NCBI GenBank assembly: GCA_000320545.1
Contig: ADNK01000880.1
Span: forward strand, 1-55,653
Reading direction: 5' to 3'
DNA from: Bigelowiella natans CCMP2755
Taxonomy: Eukaryota > Protista > Cercozoa
DNA length: 55,653 bases
Below, piece after piece: positions 13,401 through 26,065 of this stretch; positions within the stretch are counted from its first letter, which is position 1, and each line of letters opens with the position of its first letter. A program made the position numbers and the translations under genes. The notes beneath the pieces were generated by a model. That model ran no database searches, was not told where the DNA came from, and saw nothing but the letters and a program-made list of their open reading frames with translations.

Positions 13401-15964
13401 TGCACACCATCTGGACCGCTGGCTTCGCTAGCGATTGCCCGCAGGAGCTGCATGCGACGGCTGGGCTGCGTGCCGAGACGAGTCTCCATCCATGAGGCGT
13501 TCCGGCCCCAAGACCGAACGGTGGAGAACCTGAAGAAATGGGGCGGGGGGGGGATGAAAAGGAGGGATGTTTTTGTAAGAGAAAAGGGGGACGAGACGAG
13601 TGCCAGGCCAACGATGGAGTGAATGTATGGCTAAACAAGTCCTCTTGATCTCTCATGCACAACTCGTATGTTCTGCAGAACTATTCCACCATCAGCAGCA
13701 ACAACCTTCGTAGGGTCATCATCATCGTCATCATCATCACCTGGTACAGGAGGCTTTTGAGCACACGGGATGCACCTCACCCGCCACGGCGGGAACGAAG
13801 AGGCCACGTACTTGTCCATATCGTGCACTGTTTTCGAGCACATATCGCAGTCTCTCTTGCACATGCCAGCGAGAGATGGACCCATCAGAGAACGGAGAAA
13901 GGCTAAGACGCCCTTCGAGACCGTGGTAGATCGTTGTTTCTGTTGTGTTGTTGCCGTTTTTGCTGTGTCGCCGCTATTCGTGCTTTCTGGTTCTCTTAGC
14001 TTGCAGCGTATAAGCCGTTTCACAGCATGACTTACCATCTCCGTCAGCAGTATCCTGGGCAGTAATTTTAGTCCCTCTGACTGCTCGAGCTGTGGTAATC
14101 GAGATGATGACGACGACGGCGACGGCGACGATGGCTGCGGCTGCTGCAACGACGCAACTTGGACCCCTTCTTGGCTCTTCTTCTCTTTTCCATGAGCTCT
14201 TTCTGAGCCAGTAGCATACTGTGAAGCGTGCTCGCTGTTGGATTTTCTTCTCTTCTCCTCCTCCTCCTCCTCCTCCTCCTTCTCCTCCTCCTTCGCATTT
14301 CGACGAAGTAGTTCCTGCAGACGGGCGCGGGCTAGGCCAAGGTGGCGGACAGGCAAGCCCACCGAGTGCGCGTAGAAGGAAAGGTCGATTCGCAAACAAA
14401 AAGGGTAGGTATACAAGCGCTCCACCCACGGCTCATCGTCAGGAAGCGTGGGCTCGTTGAATGGGGGCGCAGTGTGATCGTGCTGTGAGTAGTACACCCA
14501 GAACCTCCGCACGTCCTCCACAACGGCCCAGAACACCTGTTTTCCTGTCACTGGTTGCGCGAAGTAGCTGGTTTGGAACGTTTGTACCATGCGCTCCTTC
14601 GCGCGCCCCGAGCATGTGCGTAGACACGGATTGGCTTGGAGGAGGACCCCCCTCAGTATCTTCTCCGGCGGGGGCGTCACCATCCTGCTGGCCATCTGCT
14701 GCAGAAACGTGTCGATGAGCGCGCTCAGCATGTACCGGGTGGCGCTCTTCACCCGCAGGTGATGATCCCTTCGCATGCCCCGTCCCCACCCGCATAGAGC
14801 ATCCGACGCCAAGGGCGGAAAGAGCCTGTCGGCCTTGATGAGTTGGAGGAACTCGCGCCGCAGCAGTCTGAAGAAGACCGCGCTGCTGATATCCATCAGG
14901 TGTTTGGCTTCCGCTGGGCTCTCTGGAGGCCACGTGCGGGCTAGATCCAACAGCACGTATCGTCCATTCGTCAGTCGATGGCCTTCCACGTCGCCGCCTG
15001 CGGACAGTGTTTTATCGCCCACTCTGTGCTCGGCCAAGTGCAACACAGCTCCAGCTTCCTTCATGAACTCGTCGAATCTCTTGTCGTCGTTGTGCACGGT
15101 CAAGCCTCCATCATCGCTCCCATAGATAAGCTCGGCCCCTTTCATGTCCAGAATCGGCATCGCTACGAGCCGGAACCCCCCCCAGTCAATCATGAGCATC
15201 ATGGGGACGGTCACCTCGACTTCACCGTCGTGGAAGAAGTGCGAAAAGTACGCGGACGCACTCCGAAGTTCCTGCGCGCAAGCCTTCCCGGCGAATTGTA
15301 GGTTCGGAGCTTGCCCCCCGTAGAGATACCGGCCGCCGCTCGAAAGCCGCGGGTCGGTGGCTAGTTTGAAGAGCACGCCATCATGTGCGAACTTGGTCCC
15401 TCCAGCTAGGCCGCCTACGGAGACAGGCTTTATCGATTTGTCCTTGACAGGCAGCCATATCTCTCGAATAATGGTGGTGGCGGATAGACGAGCAGAGGCC
15501 TCAAACTTATCATGGAGCAGGATGACCCTTCTGAGACGTATTTCACGATTCGGCTCGGAGAGTGCGTCTAAGAACCCACGGTCCCATTTGAAGTCCTCCT
15601 CCGTGAATTTTGTCCTCCCCCCTGTTGCAACGGATTTCCCCTCCTCTACTCCTTTACTCTCTTCCCCATTTCCCGCTAGAACGCCGTACGTTTGCTGTCC
15701 TTCGTCCTTCCCCTCGTTATCCGCCACTTCTTCTAAGTTGAAAACATCCACGTAGTTTGTGTCGTACCGCTCATTTGTCCCCGGCTTGAGGGGAGGGGAC
15801 GAATCGCGGCCATTTACGGCATTTCCGTAAGCAGAGCTGATATTTCCTTCTATAGCGTCGTCTAATTGTTGGCAGCAGCCCAATTCACATCACCGGTGCC
15901 GTAAATTAGTAGCAGCAGCAGGAGCAGCAGCATGTGATAAATCAAGGGGAAAGAGAAAGAGAAT

Positions 15965-16005
<41 letters not shown>

Positions 16006-16372
16006 CACATGTTTATAGTATTTATTTCTGATTATATTTAGATGCTCAGCTGATATATGTACCTGTGCCTCCTTCTCCCTGCTTGCTGCAGCTGTCTACA
16101 TCCTGCTCAAAATAAAGGCCTTCTTCCTTCTTTTCTTCTCCCGCAACGGAGATCTAATGTCCAGGGCAAAAAGCATTGTTTCATAATAACAATATGGATT
16201 TTGCCAATAACCTGTAATATTGAACAGTAAATACAACCTGGTCCTTGTCTTTGCCGTCATCCAAAAGATGATCCACAATTTCGAATTCGTCCAAGGGAGC
16301 ATACAGCAAAGACGAGTAGGAGGTGGCGTGAGAAGACGACGCCGGTGTGGAGTTCTTTCCTTTCCGTTCCAT
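9311..16372 (-). CDS. Large Clu-domain protein with ZZ-like zinc fingers and C-terminal ankyrin repeats, multi-exon
   Basis: Clu-type motifs GGLAGGTKF..GVLFKLA, VPMMLMIDWGGFRLVAMP, LIYGSDDGG, DVEGH..GRYVLLDLARTWPPE in ORF 13631-15883. CxxC clusters (CSSC..CTDC..LCLSCY; CDVC..CRICDWDSCGAC) in 11767-13662. Ankyrin repeats (ETPLLLACMKGH, NTPLLLA) at 10100-11690. Intron 13681-13780 joins the two big ORFs. Inferred last exon ends LPSLARDIFDYAGYHPRLVGTI at 9311. Confidence 0.8.
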
Positions 16373-16998
16373 CACTCCCTCCGTCGTGAACGGCCGTTCT
16401 GCAAGTGGTACTTCCCGTTCTATTGCCAGGATTTAACCTCCTAGATACAGAAAAAGTCACAGCTGAGAGCTGATGGGTAGTTGAGGCATTACTCCCCCCC
16501 CTTCTGATCTGACCACACCATGTGCCAATATCACGACGGAGAGGGGAGGGGAGAAAAATCTGTTTTTTCGTTGAGTTTGGGCGATCGTGACTTAGTCACG
16601 TACGCTTTGACTAGAGTGTGTCCTTCGAGCTGCACATCGCCGGAAGTGGAGCCTAATTGAGCTGCGTTTTCCTTTGTAGACAAAATAATATGCGAATTAT
16701 ATCTTAGTGACTGCCTTCGATAGTACGAAGCACAGCCTGGACAAGTAAAGCGGAAGAGCGTTCATCCATCACTTAGTTTTCATTCACCCAGAAACTTCCT
16801 ATAAATTTTACCCAAGATTATCTTGGTCTGGTCGGCAGATTTGAAAAGGCCTATACGACTCATGCGACTGCTAATTTCTCCTTCAGAATGAAAAATATCC
16901 CCTTAATTTCCATATTTTGGCTCTTAATTATCATTGCATCTGGACCTGGCAACCGACTCATCGCCCAGCACACCCCCCCCCCCCCCCCCCACTACGCG

Positions 16999-19900
16999 AT
17001 GCAGCATTTAGGGAAACAGAATCGCGGAGGGGGAAAATGCCACATATTGGGTTCTTCGTGTGCTATGGTATTGATTCTCATTGCTGTACTCGAGGTCGTC
17101 TGCCCCCCAAGGGTGCCTCCTCTCTCCGCCGTTCTGGGCAGGCAAGTCTCTTCGACTACCAGCGGCGCTATGACCTCCATCCCCTTGAATCACCGCCTGT
17201 TCTTGGACCAGAGACAACAACCTAGAGCTCAAATTCTTCGTAGTCTTAGTTCCAGGCGAAAGCTCCAAAACCGTGGGAGCCGGAGGGACGGGGGGGCCAC
17301 ATCAAGCGGAGGAAGCTCTGCCACGTCGGCCGTGCTAACCGCCACCACTGCACGTGCTTCACCGGGGCCCGTTGGCATGAGAGAATTTCAATTAGCTCAA
17401 GATATTGACTTTGAGGAAGTTAAGAAGGATTTGGGCAGATTCAGGATCTTTTCGTACAATGTGCTTGCAGATGGCCCACGTTACGCGATGAGGTTGTCTG
17501 GCCGCGTACGTTCTTATGTGTGTGCACGCTCCTGAATGTGTGCATGCCTTCCATCTCCCCTCCCTCCCTATATTTATGTATGTGTGTGTGTATGTGCGTG
17601 GGGCTCTGCACGCATTGTACACGGTGAAGATATATTTATCGGAGGTGCTATACACATATCCTTCATTTCGTTTGTCGGTCCCTGATTCCGCCCCTGAACT
17701 GCTGCAAATGTTGTGCTTTACGTAATACAGCGACTATCACGGCTACAGCCCTATTGAATGCAGACGGTGGAAGTCAAGGTGGTAGTAGCAGTAGCAGTCG
17801 CGGCAATCAAGAATTCATTATCATCATTACTGGGTTTCGTTGGATTACACATGAATTTCCTTGGGCGAACTACCGTTCTTTCAGTATTACACCATTCCCT
17901 TAGTTCATAATATTTAATGCAATTCTTCTTTCTCTCTTCCATTCTCTCCCCCCTCCTAGATATCCACGGATCATGTCGGAGATTTCTTACTATAATCCTG
18001 ACATTATATGCCTGCAGGTTATAGCGTATGCGCTGCTTGTGAGCTCCCCCCCCCTCCCCCCCCTCCCCCCCCTCCCCCCCCTCCTCTCTCTCTCTCTCGC
18101 TCTTCCCCGCCCTTCTCTCCTTCTCCTCAAAAAGAAAGCACTATTTTTTAGTGATGGAATTAGTGTTAGGAATCGGTCTTGAGCTGGACCATTTCTCCTC
18201 CGCCTTTTAGGAAATCACTCGTCCGATGTTCCAAAACAGCTTCTACAGAGATCTACAGGTTATCATTTAGAACGTAGCAATGACACACAACACAAACACT
18301 TGCATGCATGCATGCAATGCATGCAGACGTATGTATGTGTGCGGGTGTGTGGTTTACTTTCCCACCCACTAGTCAACCTCTGTGCCCCATCATCTACTAC
18401 CTGCAGTCAAACTACACGGGTCTCTACGCGGCGAAAACTGATCGAAGGTACGGATCGAAGTAGCTAGTAGCTTGCACGCACCACAGAAACGCACACACAA
18501 AGAGAGAAGAGAGGGAGAGAGGGGGGGGTTGAGGGGGGTGGAAAAGGACGCATATGATTTCAGCGTCCACATATTACACGCTACCAGCAGCTGTTATTCT
18601 CTCCTCAAGTACTATTGATTCCTACTTCTACAGATCGAAGTACCAGACCTCTGCAATGTTCGTGAGAACAAATCGGTTTAAGGTTCTCAACGGCTCTCTG
18701 ATCAGGTAGAGTCCATCAGCTACGTACGTGCGTACGTCGTAGCAAGCAAGTGGCATAGAATGATAGGGTATTTCCAGGATGAATCATGATAACACCGACG
18801 GTTTTTGGTTGATAGTACTCGGAGTACTCCCATGACTGGTGCGAGCTCTTGAGAAAGATATCTTCTGTTTATCTTCTTATATCTTCTTTAATGATCCGAA
18901 GCAACACATTACTGAGCATCACTTTCCCACCTTGTCATCATATGTAGCTTCGCTCGGATGTCTGAAGATTATTTCAGAGGCCTGGGAGGTAGGAGAAGAA
19001 AGAGAAGAAGAAGATTATGATGATGGTGTGGCCAGTTGGAGCGGCGTGTTGTTGTTGTTGCTGTTATTGTTGTTATCACCGTCGTCTCAGCCCCTTTTAC
19101 TGGTTTTGATCTCGTACAAAAAATATCACTATCTGCAGCACACGAAGGGAGCTTCAACGACTTGGATCTGATGGCACGTATGGGTGATGAAAAGAGCAAA
19201 CCATGCAGCCACCAATACTTGTTAATGGCTAATGTTTTGAGTGAATATATCTAAATAATACCACCACTGCTGCAGGAGCGCAAGATGACAAGGCGTTAAT
19301 CGCTTTACTTCAAAACCGTGAAACTGAGGTGTTCGCATGCTTGCTGCAAAATAGGATGAGAAGGGAAAGGGAAGCAAAGAGCGTCATGGAGAGAGAGAGG
19401 GGGGGGGGGGGGGGGGGGGGGAAGATGAAACACAGATGCCATACAATGTATTAATATGCATATACGTTCCTAGTGTATGGTGAATGCGTGTATCGGTATG
19501 GTTGTAGTTGTGATTATGTATGTGTGTGTGTGTGTGTAAGATGAACATTATCCTTATCATCATCATAATGATGACAGTGCACCATACGAGTAGCATCGAT
19601 GATCAATCGATCGATAATGGGCGTCGTCCTCATTCGTTGTTATTTGTTGCCGTCGTTGCCGTTTGTGGTGGTCGCCATGTTTAGCAACGGTTCGTAGCGG
19701 TATCTACGCACTTATACTGGAATCCAAAGGAGCCGCACGTGAAGGCACTACAGGTTGCTCTTTCTTCAGCTAATCAACATACTAAAACAAGAAGAAGACT
19801 CTGACCAAAGCAGCCCCTGAAAGCACCACCCATTTATGTTCTCCGACACTTGAAGAGGGCATAGTCGATACTGATTGAATGTTGGGGATGTGACTCTAGC

Positions 19901-20414
19901 TTTGATACGCTGGTGTGTCGGGGAGTGGTGGTGGTGGGAGTCCGTTTGATGATGTACTTTTGACAAATTTATCAATTACTCAATGGAAAATAGTATAGAT
20001 TGCCAGATGTCTGCATGATAATAAACACAAATTCCTCCCAATACCTACATATCTTTGCATGAGTAATGTTCTATGTTCTTCCCTCTGCTCTCTTTCTTTC
20101 TATCCCCCCCGCTCTCTCTCTCTCCTTCCCCCTTTTCCTTTTCGCTTTCCCCAGGCGTACCTTCTGTCTAAAGCCGTCAACGATTTCATAGAAAGAAATG
20201 GTCTCGACGCCTCGAAAACTCCGGTATCTATTAGCTTTACCATGGGAAGCGAGAAGGAGAAAAAAAAGAAAGGAAGAAGAAGAAGAAGAAGAAGAAGAAG
20301 AAGAAGATATTTTCAACCTTCATTGTACGAGCGGCTTGTTTTCTTCTTCTCTCCTCGGAAATAAAGTAGTTTTTCAAGCTGCGTCTTTGGTGTTGGTAGC
20401 ATCATCCTCGTCGC

Positions 20415-20450
<36 letters not shown>

Positions 20451-21018
20451 TTTCTCCTCCTCCTTGCTCTCATTCTTCCCCTCCTCCTTCTTATTCGTCT
20501 TTGCGTCGTGTCTCTATGTGTGTTGGTGCTGTGCGTATTATCATCATAGCTTGCAATCGCGGGGGACTTCAATTCTCTGCCAAATAAGACTGTAGCGGAT
20601 ATTTACGACCCTGTCGTACCTCCGGGAGGACTTAAAAGCGGGGTGCGTCCTCTCCCTCTCTCCCTCTCTCTGTCTCTCTCTCTCTCTCTGTCTGTCTGTC
20701 TGTCTATTTCTTTCCCCTCTCCCCATCCGTCTGTGTTTATGTGATGAAACGACGATGAAAGAAACTACCCCACAACACAACAGCTTTTGATTCATTCCAT
20801 ACGCCTTCACGTAAATCTTCATCCTTTGTGCGTGTGTGCGTGCGTGTGCGTGGTTACTGTCTTGAAAGGCCTATGAAGGTTTGACCACCGGCATTCTCCC
20901 GATAAAGCATCCTGATCATCCGCAACAGGTGGTGTTGTGGATTTAATACCCCCCCCCCCCTTTCTCTGCTCGTAATATGAGTCACGCAAAGAATGTACGA
21001 GGATGATGAAAGGGGGAG

Positions 21019-21060
<42 letters not shown>

Positions 21061-21273
21061 TTGTGTGTGTGTGTGTGTGCGCGCCTTTCCTCACTTGACT
21101 CTCTCTCTCTCTCCTCTCTGCTTTTCTGCTTTTCTGCATAACGTTCTCAGAGGACGAAGGCGGAGTGTGTGAGGGAACTGAAATTTGCATTTGAGCTGAC
21201 AAGCGCATACCAATCCGTGTTTGGCGAAGAGCCTCTAATGACCACCAAAGTATACCTATCTCTACGTGTATTT

Positions 21274-21312
<39 letters not shown>

Positions 21313-21804
21313 TGTTTGTGTGCACGTGCATATGTACACGTATTTGTGTGTGGATATGTGTTCACAACTCTTCCTTTTCCTGCAGACGGACAAGTTTAAT
21401 GGTACATTAGACTACATCTTCGTGCGGAACATGAAGGTTGCCTCCGCTTTGGCCATGCCCTTCGATGAATCCAACATCGACGAATTTGGTAGTACGCGTA
21501 GTAGCGGTTGCAGATGACGATAGATACCGCATAAGTTGTTGGGGTGTGGTGTGTCAGGGAAGGAGGCGCAGAGAAATGGATTTGAATCCCTAGGCTCTCT
21601 TGCCTTGCTCTCCCTTTTTTTCTCTCTTTCTCTTCCTCTTTCTCTTCCCCCCCGCTCTCTCTCTCATACTTTGGCAAGCGCCTCTAATATTTCTTGTTTT
21701 GTGATGCACGATGATGATACGCAGGACCCATTCCAAACGCGGCCTGGCCCTCGGATCACATAGCCATTTGCTCGGATCTTGTTCTTCCTGTCAGCGCTGA
21801 GTAG
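16999..21804 (+). CDS. CCR4/nocturnin/Angel/PDE12-family EEP phosphatase or nuclease with N-terminal targeting-like leader
   Basis: FRIFSYNVLAD, NPDIICLQ|E, STHLYWNP, AGDFNSLP, FNGTLDYIF and WPSDH motifs in order on separate exons; stop 21802-21804. Confidence 0.88.
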
Positions 21805-22935
21805 CAACAGTAGCCTACCTCTATGCTTAATGTAACAGCGCAGCAGCGACCCAGAGCAGTCGAATTGTGTCATTTCCGGAAGATTGAGAGAAGGGAAGCT
21901 GTAAGCACCAAACGTCGGGTTGAGAGGAATTCGCCTTTCCTCAGATTTAGCGATATTAACGGAATATAGTCCCCCACACCGCGCTCATGATACAAGCGTT
22001 TGGCTCATTGAGAAGGCCGTATTCCAACATCGAATCAATGAAAAATGATTTGCTGGTTTAGAGCAACAACTTGATGACGACCTCATGATCATCGATATGA
22101 ACCACCTAGGTACTCACTTTTTACCAAGCTATTCTAATAAATTCTAGCTAGCATCGCAGTTGTCAAACATTAGTCACATTTGTGAAAGGTGCTTCTAGAC
22201 TAGTTGTACTAGTCATTGTTAAGAATTCATTTTCATTCAATATACTCATTGTAAGCGTATATCGCTTGCTAGCTTGCTTTGCTGCATAGCTTAGCAGCGC
22301 AACGTTACCCGGGCATTGCGTGACATTGCAACTGCTTGTACATAATGTGGCCCATCCATCGAATTATTATTCATGACAGCGCGCACGCTACGCACGGCTA
22401 GGCGGCACCATTATTGTACATCGCGCCATAATAATATATAACATAGCATATAGCGCAGGCGATGTGCGAAGTGATGTAGCCTCATCTACATGTGCAGCCA
22501 TGAATAATAATACGCATGCATGGCGCTGCGTTGCATATATATATGGATAGCGTAACTAACCTTCAACACATCCGTCCATCGCCGTATTTAGCCGAATATG
22601 GTATGTGTTCGTGCTCGCAGCGCCTAGCGCTGTAATACATGCCAAAGGCATGCCGCTGCTATGGACCAACATTCCCTTAGTGATGCAAAGCCCTGGCTGC
22701 AAAACGCTGTGCTTACTCATGCATTCTTATTTGCTGTTAATCGCATGCGTTTAGGCGTGTGGCTCACGCTCACTAAAACTTATTACTTAGATGACAGTGA
22801 AGGTACTCAATTTTTATTTATTTATTTATTTATCTTTTGACCTACTTCTCTCCGTCTTGCAACTGAGATACTATGTGTTGCTGCTGAGATACTAATACTA
22901 TTGTTACTTGTTCGACTTATCAGGATGAACAAACA

Positions 22936-22974
<39 letters not shown>

Positions 22975-23280
22975 TGTGTGTGTATTTTATGTCGACGTCC
23001 TGATCACTATCACGGTAGCTATCATTTACTACTCACCGAGATGATGCTGCAACTTCTTGTTTCAATCTGTACATGTGTGGAAGAAGTGTCAGTATTATAG
23101 AAGAAGTGTCAGTAGTATTTAAGTAGTCGTTGCAGCTCGCCTCATTGCTATTATTATCACCATCTTTCAGAGCCGCGTCTCCTACTTTCTGCATTGCACA
23201 GTCTTACTATAAATCTCCCTCACCTCCACCTCCCTCCCCAAACACCAAATCCACTACTACTACTGCTGCTGCTGCTATTA

Positions 23281-25206
23281 TTATGACCTCTTTATCGCCT
23301 TGACCCAAGCTTGCGCTTCGTGGGATAGGCAGCAGATATGATACTGTTTCCCCTTGGTGTGCAGGACGAAGTTCTTGCGGTTCTTGTGCTCCGCGACGAT
23401 GTTGTCGGCCCACGGTATCTCTCCCCTAAGCTTCATGGCGTTGGGGTCCACGTAGAGTATTCTAGGGAAGCTGGTGAGGATGAGCTGCCGCCTCTTCGAG
23501 AACAAGCTCACCCCGCTAAAACTCCTCTTCTGTATCAACCCAGTGAAGACTACCTTTTCGCCGTGTATTAGAAACTGCGACCAGCTCCTCGCCGCCTGCT
23601 GCTTCTCCCCCTCTTCTTTCCCCTCCGCACCCCCGTCGTTATTGTTTCCGCTGCTACTCCTGCTGGTGCTTCTGCTACGGGGGGGGGCAGCAGTTACACC
23701 AACGCCACCGGCGGTTGCGATCTTCACGTTTTTCGTCGACATGATCAAATCTTTAATCTTGGGCTCGTTCCACGTAGGAGCGGGGGTTGTGGGGAGATTC
23801 TCCCAGTCTATGGAGGAAGAGGAGGTGGCGAAGAAGCTATGAGCTTTGATCTCTGACACAGAGGGCCGTTTCGAGGCGTCTACGACAAGAAGTTTTTTTA
23901 TCAAGTCCTTTGCTGTCGGATCAAGATCCTCAGGGTATTCCGGCGCTGCCTGCATCACTTGCTGGATGGTCAGGTACTCACTCGCTCCCTTGAATGGTGG
24001 CCGGCCGACGAGCATATGGTATATTATGCACCCGAGACTCCAGAAGTCGCACGCTGGGGTTTGTTCCTTGCCATCCAGCACTTCAGGGGATACGTACTCC
24101 GCTGTGCCTACGCAAGAATCATCCTCGCTTCTAGTGTCGACGACTGAGCTGGCTACACTGCCGCGCCCGCCGCTTTTTCTCCCACTGCTACTGCTGGTGC
24201 TATCGTACCGTTTCTTCATTTGGTGATGAATCTTGCCTCCTACACCCCTTAAATTGTCGCCTTCTTCGTCATTGTGAGTCTCTCTTTTTATTTTTCCTTC
24301 CTGATGTTTTCTGCTGCTGCTGCTGCTACTACTGTTATTGTCGTCGTTGCCATCAAATTCCCCGTCATCATCACTACTCCTCGTAATACTCCGGATGTTC
24401 TTGCTCCTTTTCTTGCTAATTTTCGGCGGTTTCTTTGACAGTCTACCCGCAGTCCCGAAGTCAGTGAGTTTTAAATGCCGATCCCTCGTGAGCAAGAGGT
24501 TTTCAGGCTTCAGGTCGCGGTGCACAATGCCCTGCTTCTGATGCAGATATTCAAGGACATTCACGATCTCTGCTGTGAAGAATTGTGCCACACGAAGTGG
24601 AAGTGTTCCCATCCGCTGGATTAACTCGAACAGCTCCCCCCCCGGCACCACCTACCACCGAATGAAACACAAACTGAATGACCCTGTGCGTGAAAGCTTA
24701 GTCACTATTATGATGTTGCCACCTCTAACATGAAATAAACGGAGTGCGCATCCTGAAAAGTGAGATGCAGGTGTACTATACTAGGATGGTTGCACGAGCT
24801 CAATATATCCTAAATGTTATAGAAATGCACAGAAATTAACCGTCAACATAAATGATATGCGAAGAAATAGTTGAAGCGCGGTTTCAAAGTTTGCGATGAT
24901 CGATGTTACCCGCTCCTGCATTACTGCTCGAATCTTTTTATTCTTTTTGACATGGTGTTTATCCATTATCTTGGCTGCATAGCATTTGCCATCCACCAAA
25001 CTTGTGGCTTGGTAGACGCGCGCATAAGAACCTGAATCATGATTATATTCCCTTCAATCGATCGGAACCTCACTTCTCTTTGCTGAAATAGTAAAATTGA
25101 ATTCACCTTCTCCCAACAGTTCTCCAAATTTAAAGTCTTTTGGCCCGAGCTTGTGCTTGCCGCCTGGCGTTCGGGGGGAAGTGCTGCTGCTTGATGTATT
25201 ACTCAT
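23281..25206 (-). CDS. PDK1: 3-phosphoinositide-dependent protein kinase 1 (kinase plus C-terminal PH domain)
   Basis: DFKFGELLGEG|SYARV, YAAKIMDK, HRDLKPENLLL, DFG, VGTAEYVSPE, PPFKGASEYLT; PH part KRRQLILTSFPRILYVDP..LRGEIPW. Three short 5' introns. Confidence 0.93.
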
Positions 25207-26065
25207 ATTTCAATTCTCACCGTTTGCCAACAAGTGGTTCCCTTCTCGGAATATGTTCTCTAAAGGTTCTTGTTAATTTCGAGCTCTTCTATAGTTTCTT
25301 ACTTCTTTGGTACCGCAACAGCTAAACCACCTCGCCGTTATGACAGCAAGAAAATGGATCGCTTCTTTCTTCTGTCAGTACTGTTCTAGATTTCAGGGCC
25401 GCATCCAGAGATGTTATCCAAATTTAAATACTTTGGGTGGAGCTTTTGACTTTGAGTTTCGACCCGCGTGGCTCCGGATAAGGGCGACTCTCCTCCCCCT
25501 TTCCGTCCCCTCTTTTTATGAAGTTTCGATCAGAGGCAAATCAGCCTTATCTCTCCTGAAATCAGAACAATGCATGCAGATTCAGTTATGAAATTTCGAT
25601 TTCTGCAGCCCGTTTTTGTTATCTTAACAAATACACATATCCATTCATTGTCATGTGCAACTTGTCGCAGGAAAAGCTAGTGTCAACGTTGTGTCTGAAT
25701 GGAAGATTTCAGGCCGAGTTTTCCCTTATGAAGGAATAACCTCTGATATGTATCTACGACATGTGGTATTGGGTGACGCAATAACACTTAGATGCTTGGA
25801 CGTCCGTTGATCGGGTCGACGACTCTGGATTGATGTTTTTATATAACGACAACAAGAAATGAGAGTCGCAGGATCGCATCGGGAACCGTTGGACTCTAAG
25901 CCTCGGATCCCAGATCGGGAAAGTTCTCAGGTGGGAAATATTTACGTAAAAACGTCTTAACAGGTTGTCGCATGTCATTCTATTAGGTCTTTTATGAATC
26001 TATTTTCTGACGTCTGCAGATGCACCTGCTGAAGAACGAGGTCGAACGGAAAGCCTGCTTCCAAG

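Noticed and set aside
13631-13780. Frameshift between the 750-aa and 631-aa ORFs
   Set aside because: A phase-0 GT-AG intron at 13681-13780 joins them (SFPPWR|FCRTYELC).
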